64,000 nt of DNA from a virus. Shown here piece after piece: positions 46,514 to 56,225 of the stretch. The position numbers and the translations under genes were made by a program. Within the stretch, counting starts at the first letter, position 1. The number at the start of each line of letters is the position of its first letter. The stretch lies in IMG/VR virus record IMGVR_UViG_3300028027_000061; one strand, given 5' to 3'. A model generated the notes under the pieces. The model had not been told where the DNA came from. It searched no databases and worked only from the letters and a program-made list of their open reading frames with translations.

Positions 46514-47688
46514 GAAATGACGGGTATTGTGCCCTGCCATTCAATCACATGAATCTTCATCCGAACGGAAACGTTTCTGTTTGTTGTGTTTCTAAGATGG
46601 ATGGACCTGACAGTGGATTTGCTAAGGATCAGGATGGAAACTTATTCAACCTAAAAACGCATACGCTTGATGAAATTTTTAATAGTTATTCTACGAATAA
46701 AATTCGTTCAGAAATGTTAACACAACAGTATCCCTCTGCGTGTGAAGGTTGTTACAAGATTGAGCAATATGGCGGAAAGTCGCGACGAATTACTGAAAAT
46801 AATCGATGGGAAAATATTGAGAAACCTAAATTAGAATTTCTAGATATTAGATTAAGCAACCTTTGTAATTTAAAGTGTTTGATGTGTTATCCTGATTCTA
46901 GTTCTTCTCTAGTCTCAGACTACAAAGAATGGTCAGACCAACTTCCGTTTATGACAAAAAACAGTGCCGATTATGAGTTATTCCAGTGGTTCGACGAAAG
47001 TATTATTGATCAACTATATGCACATAAAGACACTCTGAAGTATCTCTATATTAATGGTGGTGAACCTTTTATTATGCCGATGCATTGGAAATTACTCGAA
47101 AAACTAATAGAATGGGGTGTTGCTAGTAACATTCATATTAGTTACAACACCAATTGCACAACTTACGATGAATCGTTTAGTGATTATTGGAAACACTTTA
47201 AGGTTGTTACTGTTGGTTGTAGTATGGATGCAGTAGGAGATAGAAATAAGTTTATCCGATACCCAAATGATTGGGAAAAGGCAAATACGAATATTCGAAA
47301 GTTGTTAGAAAATCCCCATATCGCTGCCTTAAACATTACATGTAGCATCCAATGGTTGAATGCACCTTATTTACCTGAGTTTTATGAATGGGCAGTTCCA
47401 CTCACAAAACTCAAACCCCACACAACTATCAATCAGAACTTTATTGTGTTTCCTGAGTATCTCTCGCTAAACTGTGCATCGAAACAATTCAAAGAAGATT
47501 TGAAAATGCTATATGAAGAATCACCACATTCAAACTGGATTCTTACTGAAACAATGAAATCATATCTTCGCACAGAGTCACAGGACAATGATCTTTGGAT
47601 CAAGGGCAATAAATACTTAGACGTTGTTCAACTGAGTAGAAAAATGGGACCGTGGAAAGACATATTTAACTATGACTATCAATACTGA
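46495..47688 (+). CDS. radical SAM enzyme, paralog 4
   Basis: SNLCNLKCLMCYP. YINGGEPF. N-terminal CALPFNHMNLHPNGNVSVCC ... CEGCYKIE. Confidence 0.6.
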   Translation: MVQYSLRNDGYCALPFNHMNLHPNGNVSVCCVSKMDGPDSGFAKDQDGNLFNLKTHTLDEIFNSYSTNKIRSEMLTQQYPSACEGCYKIEQYGGKSRRITENNRWENIEKPKLEFLDIRLSNLCNLKCLMCYPDSSSSLVSDYKEWSDQLPFMTKNSADYELFQWFDESIIDQLYAHKDTLKYLYINGGEPFIMPMHWKLLEKLIEWGVASNIHISYNTNCTTYDESFSDYWKHFKVVTVGCSMDAVGDRNKFIRYPNDWEKANTNIRKLLENPHIAALNITCSIQWLNAPYLPEFYEWAVPLTKLKPHTTINQNFIVFPEYLSLNCASKQFKEDLKMLYEESPHSNWILTETMKSYLRTESQDNDLWIKGNKYLDVVQLSRKMGPWKDIFNYDYQY

Positions 47689-48961
47689 AAATAACAAAAG
47701 TATTTGTAAATATCCATGGGATCATAGTTACATAGGATCGCAGTACGAGCGGAAACTTTGCTGTATATCAGATGACATTGTCTCACAGGAAAAGACGGAA
47801 ACCAAAGATTTCTGGAATTCTGATGTGATGAAAGATGTTCGAAAAAAGATGCTCGCTGGAGAAAAGGTTGATGCCTGTTCAGTTTGTTATAAAAACGAAG
47901 AACAGAACATTGAATCTTTACGTCAACAGAGTTGGAAGAGTCCCTGTAGCGAAGAAGAAATGATCTCTGAGGTCATAAGCAAGACTAATGAAGATGGTTC
48001 TACGGTAGAACTTCCCACATATTTTGACTATCGAACCATTCACTGTAATTTGCAGTGTATAAGTTGTGGATCGCTATACAGTTCGAAACATGCCTCATTA
48101 TATTCCGAAATGTGGAACAGTCGCCCTAAAATGTTTCCTTCTGGTAAAGAATTTGTCATTGATTATGAGTTCGAAGATTCGATGGCGGAGGAAATTATTG
48201 AATGTCTTGATACGCGAAGGTTGACAAAAATTTATTGGGCTGGTGGTGAACCAATGATGTCAGGCGTGCATTGGAAAGTAGTCGACAAATTGTTGGAGAT
48301 TCAATCAACAGATCCACAATATATATTCAGTATCTTTGTTCATTACAATACCAATCTAACACGCCTTCACTGGAAGGGAAAGATTATTCCTGAGTTATTG
48401 GAGTTTTACCAACCAAGCATACAGGCAAGTTTAGATGGGACGCATGAAACTTTTGAATTTTGTCGAGATGGTGCATCCTGGGAAACAGTTTCTACTAACT
48501 GGAAAGAATATCATTCTAGACTGAACAAGAGAAATCAATTTGGTCTTTCTAGTATTATGTCTGCGCCAGTTCTTATGGATATAGACAGATGGTTTGAATT
48601 TTATGAACCGTATGACCCAGAACTGCATTCGCACAAATTATTTAATCATATTAATCGAAAAACTCAACAAGGATTCCTAGACATTCGGTTATACCCACAA
48701 CAAATTTTTGACCGAATAATTGATCATGCCATTAAGCGGTTTGAAGAGTGTTCTTTGAGAGGAAAAGAAAGAACGATTGCAATATTAAAATCGTATAGAT
48801 TGGACAAAAGCAATAACCCGATTTATTCGGATCTGGAAATGTTAAAACTGATGAAGAAAAACTGGCAATACAGAGAAAAGTTTCTTCTAGGAAAACACAC
48901 CTTTGAGAGTCTAACTGCAATTATTGACCCAGAGGTAAGAGATTGGTATTTGTCAATATGA
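47672..48961 (+). CDS. radical SAM enzyme, paralog 5
   Basis: IHCNLQCISCGS. YWAGGEPMM. N-terminal ICKYPW ... LCCIS ... CSVCYK. Confidence 0.6.
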   Translation: MTINTENNKSICKYPWDHSYIGSQYERKLCCISDDIVSQEKTETKDFWNSDVMKDVRKKMLAGEKVDACSVCYKNEEQNIESLRQQSWKSPCSEEEMISEVISKTNEDGSTVELPTYFDYRTIHCNLQCISCGSLYSSKHASLYSEMWNSRPKMFPSGKEFVIDYEFEDSMAEEIIECLDTRRLTKIYWAGGEPMMSGVHWKVVDKLLEIQSTDPQYIFSIFVHYNTNLTRLHWKGKIIPELLEFYQPSIQASLDGTHETFEFCRDGASWETVSTNWKEYHSRLNKRNQFGLSSIMSAPVLMDIDRWFEFYEPYDPELHSHKLFNHINRKTQQGFLDIRLYPQQIFDRIIDHAIKRFEECSLRGKERTIAILKSYRLDKSNNPIYSDLEMLKLMKKNWQYREKFLLGKHTFESLTAIIDPEVRDWYLSI

Positions 48962-50103
48962 GCGAAACTAAAATTTATTGTCCATCTATGTGGAAATCAG
49001 TGCATGTTGATACCGATGGTTACCTTACTCCATGTTGCCTTTTCATCCACAGAGAAGATAAAAAAAGTAAACTTGTAGATATACAACATGCTGAGAGTGT
49101 CCTACAAGAAGAATTCCAGGAATATCGTGATCAACTATCGAACGGTGTTTGGCCGAGCGGGTGCAACCAGTGTAAATTCGCAGAAGACGAAGGGCGAGAT
49201 AGCAAACGTCAACAAGATATGTGGATGTTACACAATGGAACGATGAAAACGCCACCCGAAGACGTTTCTCTTGAATATTTACAGTTAAAAACTGGAAGAT
49301 TATGTAATCTCCGTTGCACGATTTGCACTCCTGCATGCTCAACTGCAATTTCAACCGAACTTTTACGCATAGGAAAATTGGATCGAGCAACATATGATCG
49401 TCTCAATGAAGAGATTGCTTGGTCTTATGATTTAGAACAGTATAAAAAACTTAATCCTGGTGATGATGGTTACTTTAGAATTGATATTGCTGGTGGCGAA
49501 CCTCTACTAAATAAGACACACTTTGAGTGGTTGGATCAATTATCTAATCCAGAAAAAACAATATTACAATACAATACGAATGGAACACAAAGACCAACCA
49601 GGAAAGAGATTGATATCTGGAAAAAATTCAAAGGTATAGTTTTGTCTTTCAGTATAGATTCTTATGGCGATAAGTTCGAGAAACTTAGAGTTGGTGCTAA
49701 GTGGGATCAAGTTCTGGATAATTTAAAATACTGCCAAGAAGAAATTATTACAAAGGAATTTGATTTACAAACATCAAATGTTTCTATCGTTATGACAGTA
49801 AGTAAAATGAACGTTAGAGACCCAATTACCCTTTATAAGATATTGACTCAATATGTGCAGTTTACTAATTCAGAACCATTAAATTTCAACTATTTGTATT
49901 ATCCCGATCACATGGCATGCCACAATATGTCTCGCCAGGAACTTGAAGAAGTAATTGCATTGTATGATGCTGAAATACCTTCGTTACCCGAAAATAGTAA
50001 GATGCGAAAACAATGTTTGGATTTACGAAACAGTCTATTTACCTTCTTAGATGGAAAGGAAGTAGAAAACCCAAGACCAATGCCGAAAGATCATAGAGAA
50101 TGA
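48943..50103 (+). CDS. radical SAM enzyme, paralog 6
   Basis: GRLCNLRCTICTP. IDIAGGEPLL. N-terminal YCPSMW ... PCCLF ... CNQCKF. Confidence 0.6.
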   Translation: MVFVNMSETKIYCPSMWKSVHVDTDGYLTPCCLFIHREDKKSKLVDIQHAESVLQEEFQEYRDQLSNGVWPSGCNQCKFAEDEGRDSKRQQDMWMLHNGTMKTPPEDVSLEYLQLKTGRLCNLRCTICTPACSTAISTELLRIGKLDRATYDRLNEEIAWSYDLEQYKKLNPGDDGYFRIDIAGGEPLLNKTHFEWLDQLSNPEKTILQYNTNGTQRPTRKEIDIWKKFKGIVLSFSIDSYGDKFEKLRVGAKWDQVLDNLKYCQEEIITKEFDLQTSNVSIVMTVSKMNVRDPITLYKILTQYVQFTNSEPLNFNYLYYPDHMACHNMSRQELEEVIALYDAEIPSLPENSKMRKQCLDLRNSLFTFLDGKEVENPRPMPKDHRE

Positions 50104-50930
50104 AACTCGAAGGAAAAACACGACTAATTTCATTTGGATGCTCATTTACTTCTGGTGCTGAATTAATAGACCATGAAATACTTGGTATTAGTTTTGAAGA
50201 CTGCAATAAAATGAAGCGTCAGTGGACTGCAGATAAAAAACAACTGGTTGAGTTTGAAAACTATGTTGTTCGTGCGGGTAAGACTAACTGGAAAGAGTAT
50301 ATTAATAATTGTTCGAAAAGAAGTTATGCTGCCAAATTAGCAACTAAACTCGGTTTAGAACATGTTAATTGCGCTATACCTGGATCTGCGGTGGATCACA
50401 TGGTTTTAGATTTATTTCGAGAACACTATACTGAGAAATTGAATTCGACAACAGACCTACTATTATTAGGAATGACGATGCCACATAGATACCTGTGTTT
50501 TACAGAACGTGGCATCCCTGTTTCTAGAGTCTTGAGTGAGCGTGATTTTATAACGAGCGACGAGCATTATAATGATTATAAAGTTATGCAAACTTATATG
50601 TGTGCGCTGCAAAATTTTAAGAATTTTTGCATTGTAAATAACTATGATTTTTATATACAACCAATTCTGCCAAAGGAACTTCTTTTTTATAATGCTCCGG
50701 AATCAAAGCATGGTAATATTTTTCCAGATATGCATTTTAACTGGCAATATTTACCGACGTTCAAAAAAACATTTCAAGAGTTACTAGATTGTAGTATTGA
50801 TGGAAACATATCTTTGTTTAGTAGGTCTGAAGAATACGGGATGGTGTGTGGATTTAAACACCCACCTGAACAAGCCCATGTGTTTTTTGCGGAGGCATTA
50901 TATGATAAAATTATTAATACAAAAAATTAG
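50100..50930 (+). CDS. SGNH-hydrolase-like protein (non-canonical block I, GCSFT)
   Basis: ISFGCSFTSG near the N-terminus. HP..QAH near the C-terminus. Confidence 0.35.
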   Translation: MKLEGKTRLISFGCSFTSGAELIDHEILGISFEDCNKMKRQWTADKKQLVEFENYVVRAGKTNWKEYINNCSKRSYAAKLATKLGLEHVNCAIPGSAVDHMVLDLFREHYTEKLNSTTDLLLLGMTMPHRYLCFTERGIPVSRVLSERDFITSDEHYNDYKVMQTYMCALQNFKNFCIVNNYDFYIQPILPKELLFYNAPESKHGNIFPDMHFNWQYLPTFKKTFQELLDCSIDGNISLFSRSEEYGMVCGFKHPPEQAHVFFAEALYDKIINTKN

Positions 50931-50998
50931 AACTTATTTTGTTAAACGTTCGCACATCCGCCGAATGAAGAAAATAAGAAAACTAGATCCCTTTATCT

Positions 50999-52423
50999 AT
51001 GATTGAGTGGGGGATATCTGCTGCAGCGCATGATGCTGCTCTTACTGTAGTTGATGGTGAACAAATTTTATTTGCTTCGCACGCAGAACGGTATAGTGGA
51101 ATAAAAAATGACAAACATCTAAATGCCGATCTGATCAACGCAGCGTTGAAGTTCGGTAAACCAGAGAAGATACATTGGTATGAAAAACCAAAACTTAGAG
51201 GTATGCGTAGATTTCTTTCTGGACAGGGTTTGGTTCGATTTAGCGTAAGGCAGTATCTTAAAGAATTTGGTCTTGACGTTCCTGTTGAGTTTGCTTCACA
51301 CCATGAGTCACATGCCGCTGCAGGTTTCTATACTTCTCAGTTCGAATCTGCGACTGCTCTTGTAATCGATGCGATCGGTGAATTTGACACTGTATCTATT
51401 TGGTTGTGTGATGGTGAAGGGATGATGAAGAAGTGGAGTATGGATTATCCGAAATCTCTCGGATTGTTTTATTCTGCTATAACAGACAGAGTTGGATTGA
51501 AACCAAACGAAGATGAGTATATCCTCATGGGTATGGCAGCGTATGGTAATCCCGACAAATATTATTGGGACATGCGCGAACTCTATGAGAAAGTAAATCT
51601 ACATCGTGGATGTAAGTGGTGGTTGAAAGACGAAGATCCTGATCACTACGATCTTGCCGCATCAGCGCAGAAGATTTATGAGGAAGAATTCGACAAATTA
51701 CTCGTTCGCGCAAAGATGAAAGACACTTTCCAAAATAATCTAGTATTATCAGGGGGTTGCGCACTTAATTGCTCTGCCAATCATATTGCTAAAAAATACT
51801 TTAAGAACGTTTGGATTATTCCGAATCCTGGAGATGCAGGTAGTTCCCTCGGTGCTATTGCTGCAAACAACCGCCGAAAACTAAACTGGCAGGGTCCATA
51901 TCTTGGCGAGAATATTGATACCGAATATCCTGTAGAAAATCTATTGACTTCTTTGCTTAAAGAGGGTATAGTTGGAGTTGCTAGTGGAAGAGCGGAGTTC
52001 GGTCCGAGAGCATTCGGTAACCGAAGTCTCCTTGCCGATCCAACTAGAACAGACATTAAGGACAGAGTAAATGCAATCAAACGCAGACAAAAGTTTAGAC
52101 CATTCGCACCAGTCATCCTTGAGCAACATGCAGCAGAGTATTTTGACATGCCAGTTGAAGTATCCCCTTACATGCAGTTTACTGCAAGATGTAAATTTCC
52201 TACAAAGTTCCCTGCTATCGTTCACGTTGATGGCACATCTCGCGTCCAAACTGTAAACAAGCAACAGCATCCAGGATTGTTTGAATTACTAACTCGATGG
52301 TATGAAGAAACAGGTTGTCCGATGTTACTTAATACTAGTCTGAACATTAAAGGGTTTCCGATGGTAAATGATGAAAAGGATGCTGCCATGTTCCAAGGTA
52401 TGTATAATGTGGACGTATTTTAA
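50999..52423 (+). CDS. NodU/CmcH-family carbamoyltransferase
   Basis: Motifs HHESHAAAGFY and GGCALNCSAN. About 474 aa, typical of O-carbamoyltransferases. Confidence 0.65.
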   Translation: MIEWGISAAAHDAALTVVDGEQILFASHAERYSGIKNDKHLNADLINAALKFGKPEKIHWYEKPKLRGMRRFLSGQGLVRFSVRQYLKEFGLDVPVEFASHHESHAAAGFYTSQFESATALVIDAIGEFDTVSIWLCDGEGMMKKWSMDYPKSLGLFYSAITDRVGLKPNEDEYILMGMAAYGNPDKYYWDMRELYEKVNLHRGCKWWLKDEDPDHYDLAASAQKIYEEEFDKLLVRAKMKDTFQNNLVLSGGCALNCSANHIAKKYFKNVWIIPNPGDAGSSLGAIAANNRRKLNWQGPYLGENIDTEYPVENLLTSLLKEGIVGVASGRAEFGPRAFGNRSLLADPTRTDIKDRVNAIKRRQKFRPFAPVILEQHAAEYFDMPVEVSPYMQFTARCKFPTKFPAIVHVDGTSRVQTVNKQQHPGLFELLTRWYEETGCPMLLNTSLNIKGFPMVNDEKDAAMFQGMYNVDVF

Positions 52424-52434
52424 TAAATAAACAT

Positions 52435-52722
52435 ATGGCGGATATACTGAAATTCCCTGATAAGTTTATTAACGGAAAGCGGTTATACCGAATACCGTTA
52501 TATTCGGACATGGACATTGATGTTGTTTTATTTTGTGTTAATGCATTTGGCGAAACTGATAACCGTGTAATTATCGACGATTTAATTAAAATGGATCCTG
52601 TTGATGTCATAAAATGTATTGACTTTTCACTTGAATCAGAGTATATTTCTAATACTACGAAAGCGCATATCGAATGCATTCGTAAGTCAATCGAGGAAAT
52701 TCCCTTTAAACTTGAGAACTAA
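52435..52722 (+). CDS. hypothetical protein
   Basis: 95 aa. Confidence 0.35.
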   Translation: MADILKFPDKFINGKRLYRIPLYSDMDIDVVLFCVNAFGETDNRVIIDDLIKMDPVDVIKCIDFSLESEYISNTTKAHIECIRKSIEEIPFKLEN

Positions 52723-52728
52723 TATATT

Positions 52729-53271
52729 ATGAATATTTTTTACCTTGACCGTGACGTCAAAACTTGTGCTACATATCACAACGATAAGCATGTTGTTAAA
52801 ATGATTTTAGAGTATGCCCAATTACTGTCAACAGCACATCGCATGCTCGACGGCAAAGAATATATTGATGCCTCTTCTGGGCGTCGAATCAAGCGTTGGC
52901 GACTTGAAGATGATAAGATGGAAAATATGCTTTACAAAGCATCACATATTAATCACCCCAGTGCTATTTGGGCGCGACAGTCCAACAATAATTACAATTG
53001 GTTGATGTGTTTATTTCAGGAACTGTTACAAGAATATACGTATCGCTACGGTAAGATTCATGCAACCGATCGTCTAGTATACTGGTTACGTCAACCACCT
53101 GCTAATATTCCTATTGGATATCTGACACAACCTACACCTGCTATGCCAGACGAATACAAGGTGCAGGGTGACTCTCTACAGTCATATCGTAACTATTATA
53201 TCGGCGCAAAAAAAACTATGGCAAAGTGGAAAAATCGTCCTATTCCAGAGTGGTGGAGGGATACAGTTTAA
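52729..53271 (+). CDS. pyrimidine-dimer DNA glycosylase (DenV/Pyr_excise)-like protein
   Basis: N-terminal CATYHNDKHVVKMILEYAQLLS resembles the LCDKHLLGEHRELH region of that family. Tentative. Confidence 0.3.
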   Translation: MNIFYLDRDVKTCATYHNDKHVVKMILEYAQLLSTAHRMLDGKEYIDASSGRRIKRWRLEDDKMENMLYKASHINHPSAIWARQSNNNYNWLMCLFQELLQEYTYRYGKIHATDRLVYWLRQPPANIPIGYLTQPTPAMPDEYKVQGDSLQSYRNYYIGAKKTMAKWKNRPIPEWWRDTV

Positions 53272-53344
53272 TAAATACCTGTATGAGATTAAAAAGAACA
53301 ATCCCCATTCCAATTTCAGATACCGAGATCGTTCGGTAACAATA

Positions 53345-53377
53345 GGCGACTCCACCTTATGTGGGGTCGCCTTTTTT
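53345..53377 (+). terminator. rho-independent terminator
   Basis: Strong hairpin ggcgactccac-cttat-gtggggtcgcc followed by T6. Confidence 0.65.
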
Positions 53378-53409
53378 GTATTCACTCTAGACAAGATTAA
53401 GGACTGTTT

Positions 53410-54162
53410 ATGACAAGAAGAAAAAACAATCTCCAAGTTGTATCGAATTCTGAACCAAAAGTAACAATCGAAAAGAGTAAACTGTGCAAAGTTAAATATG
53501 AAGATCTAAAACACATTCAACCAAAAACTCAGAATCAACGACTCTTCTTCGATCTTTACAATCAACAGTCCAATGCAATTCTACTACACGGTGTAGCAGG
53601 AACAGGTAAAACATTTATTTCCATGTATAAGGCACTTGAAGAAGTTCTGGACCCAACAACAGATTATGAACGTGTTGTTGTTGTGCGTTCAGCAGTACCA
53701 TCAAGAGATATCGGACACCTTCCAGGTGACGAGAAGGAAAAAACAGAGGTCTATACTTTACCATATGTTGAGATATGTGATGATTTACTCAATCACATTC
53801 AACCATTCCTGCGGTTACAGGAACAAAAGACCGTTCATTTCCTAATCACCTCGTTCGTGCGTGGTATCACACTTGATAATTCAGTGATCATTGTTGATGA
53901 ATGTCAGAATATGACTGACATGGAACTGAACTCTATTATGACACGTATCGGTAAGAACTCCAAGATTATCTTCTGTGGAGACTTCCGACAAACAGACCTA
54001 TATAAAAAGAACGATATGTCTGGTTTGCAAAAGTTTATAACAATTGCTGACATGATGCCTTCGTTTAAAACAGTTGAGTTCTCTGTTAACGACATCGTCC
54101 GTTCTAAACTGGTCAAGGAGTATATCATTGCTCGTTTGGAATACGAAGAAAAATATAATTAG
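53410..54162 (+). CDS. phoH: PhoH-family ATPase
   Basis: Walker A LLHGVAGTGKTF. Walker B IIVDECQNMT. Confidence 0.7.
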   Translation: MTRRKNNLQVVSNSEPKVTIEKSKLCKVKYEDLKHIQPKTQNQRLFFDLYNQQSNAILLHGVAGTGKTFISMYKALEEVLDPTTDYERVVVVRSAVPSRDIGHLPGDEKEKTEVYTLPYVEICDDLLNHIQPFLRLQEQKTVHFLITSFVRGITLDNSVIIVDECQNMTDMELNSIMTRIGKNSKIIFCGDFRQTDLYKKNDMSGLQKFITIADMMPSFKTVEFSVNDIVRSKLVKEYIIARLEYEEKYN

Positions 54163-54165
54163 GGC

Positions 54166-54193
54166 TTGACTTTTCTGTAGAATATAGTATAAT
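54166..54193 (+). promoter_or_regulatory. early promoter GGGCTTGACT-N16-TATAAT
   Basis: Consensus. Confidence 0.55.
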
Positions 54194-54199
54194 GGATTT

Positions 54200-54883
54200 A
54201 TGATGTTTGAAACAATATATGAGTATGAAGATTTTGCCCAGTCAACTACGAGCGAAGATGGTGGTAGAGTTTATGTAAATGCCAGCGGCACTGCATATCC
54301 CTCTGCCACCACCGTTCTTGGTGTTCTCTCTCGCGACTCTATCGCTGCTTGGCGAAAGCGTGTTGGCGAAGAGGAAGCGGATAAGATTTCTAGACAAGCA
54401 TCAACTCGTGGAACTAAAATCCACACGCTAACTGAAGCATATCTTAAAAACGAAAACGTTAGCGACAAGATCGATGAAGTCAAGGCATCGATGCTCGACG
54501 TCGAGATGTTCAACAAATTTAAATCTATCTTAGATCCAATCAGCAACATTCATTGCCAGGAACTCGCGCTTTACAGTGATCACCTGCGTATGGCAGGTCG
54601 AGTAGACTGTATTGCTGAGTATCATGGTAAACGTGCTGTTATCGATTTTAAAACGTCAAATAGACCAAAGTCAAAATCATACATTGAGAGTTACTTTATG
54701 CAGACAGCAGCATATGCTATTATGTATGAAGAACGAACTGGTATTCCTGTTCCATGGTTAGTAATTCTAATCGCAGTTGAAGATGATGTTCCTCAGGTAT
54801 TCATCGAAAAGCGTGACGACTGGGTAAAGAAACTTCTTCGCACCCGCGACTATTATGAAAATGGATATTACACCAGTGAGTGA
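54200..54883 (+). CDS. PD-(D/E)xK (RecB/Cas4/YqaJ-like) exonuclease
   Basis: Core GRVDCIAEY ... AVIDFKTS ... QTAAYAIMY. Confidence 0.45.
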   Translation: MMFETIYEYEDFAQSTTSEDGGRVYVNASGTAYPSATTVLGVLSRDSIAAWRKRVGEEEADKISRQASTRGTKIHTLTEAYLKNENVSDKIDEVKASMLDVEMFNKFKSILDPISNIHCQELALYSDHLRMAGRVDCIAEYHGKRAVIDFKTSNRPKSKSYIESYFMQTAAYAIMYEERTGIPVPWLVILIAVEDDVPQVFIEKRDDWVKKLLRTRDYYENGYYTSE

Positions 54884-55052
54884 ACTGTCCGAACAACGGA
54901 TGAAAATATGCATGGAATGCGAACATCTAATACATAAGCGTATATGTAATCAATGTGGATGTTTGATGCCCGTAAAAACAAAACTTAATCGTGCATCCTG
55001 CCCCAAAGGTAAGTGGGGTCCAGTAGGAAAAAAACTTCCCTGGGAAGCATGA
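54855..55052 (+). CDS. zinc-ribbon protein
   Basis: CMECEH ... CNQCGC ... CPKG. Confidence 0.35.
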   Translation: MKMDITPVSELSEQRMKICMECEHLIHKRICNQCGCLMPVKTKLNRASCPKGKWGPVGKKLPWEA

Positions 55053-55074
55053 CAATTAATAAGAAGAACGTATT

Positions 55075-55989
55075 ATGCAAATTAAAAGATTAGATTATGG
55101 TGCAGTAGAAGTTTTGGGATTTGATATCACAAACTTCACACAGGAAGACAGTAATTATATCCGAGAATTGCTGTTAAAAGAATTAATTGTAGTGTTTAGA
55201 GAACAGGATACTAACACTTTAAATTTCGCAAGAATGATTCACGAGATTGGTGACATTGCTAATTGGAATCAATTAAGATTTGACTTTGATGGTAATATGC
55301 GCCCAATGCTTACAGAGTATCCTGACATACATAACTGGGATAAATCGGAATTTTTCCCAATACAGGCAGTGACTGGTAAGAAATCGAAAGATGGACAATT
55401 CACTGGGATTTTCCCTCTCGGTAAACTAGATTGGCATTGTAATCTCAATGGTCCAGATCGTGCCGATGGTGTTGCATTGCAAGGCATCAAAGGCGTAGAA
55501 GGAACTCGAACATCTTGGATGAACACTGCTATCGCATTAGCAGAAATGCCAGATGAATTGTATGAACGAGTAAAAGGTAAGTATGCGAACTTTCGGTATA
55601 ACTTCTTAAAATGGTCTGATGTAATGGACGAACGTCAGCGACAATACATGCTAAAGAATCAGCATGAATATAAGATGTGGTTAGAGCAAGAAAATGCTGG
55701 TGGTATCAAGGGTATCTATCTCTACACCAATAATGATTGTGAGATCGAAGGTGATGATGGATCATTGTTCCAAGATTTACAAGACTACTTCTTTCAAGAA
55801 AAGTTTTTATATCATCACGACTGGAAAGTTGGTGACATTGTTCTTAGCGACCAGTTATTGACATTACACAAGCGTCGACAAGAGGTTGATCAGGTTTTTG
55901 AGAATAGACTACTAAATCGACTGACATTTAAACTCTCCAATACGGGCGATCCACTGTATATCGTGGAAAGAAATAAGTTTGATGTTTGA
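55075..55989 (+). CDS. TauD/TfdA-like 2OG-Fe(II) oxygenase (tentative)
   Basis: WHCNLNG ... D ... H spacing reminiscent of TauD. Weak. Confidence 0.3.
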   Translation: MQIKRLDYGAVEVLGFDITNFTQEDSNYIRELLLKELIVVFREQDTNTLNFARMIHEIGDIANWNQLRFDFDGNMRPMLTEYPDIHNWDKSEFFPIQAVTGKKSKDGQFTGIFPLGKLDWHCNLNGPDRADGVALQGIKGVEGTRTSWMNTAIALAEMPDELYERVKGKYANFRYNFLKWSDVMDERQRQYMLKNQHEYKMWLEQENAGGIKGIYLYTNNDCEIEGDDGSLFQDLQDYFFQEKFLYHHDWKVGDIVLSDQLLTLHKRRQEVDQVFENRLLNRLTFKLSNTGDPLYIVERNKFDV

Positions 55990-56197
55990 AACTAAAACAC
56001 GAACTTTAGTTAGAGGTATTTCATATAGAGTATCTGCATGGTTATTCACAATTCTGTGGACATATCTGTTCACTGGAAATATTGGTGAAGCGACAGGATT
56101 TTCAACTATCCTACATTTGATGTTGAGTATAGACTACTACGTTCACGAAAGAATTTGGTTGAAAATTAAATGGGGAACTTTAGGAAAAAATACTTGA
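55979..56197 (+). CDS. small membrane protein
   Basis: 72 aa, two TM helices. Confidence 0.3.
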   Translation: MMFETKTRTLVRGISYRVSAWLFTILWTYLFTGNIGEATGFSTILHLMLSIDYYVHERIWLKIKWGTLGKNT

Positions 56198-56222
56198 CTT
56201 TCAAAGAAATCTATAGTATAAA
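56194..56222 (+). promoter_or_regulatory. promoter TTGACT-N17-TATAAA driving the tmRNA precursor
   Basis: Same family as the early promoters. No ORF follows. A structured RNA follows. Confidence 0.5.
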
Positions 56223-56225
56223 TAA

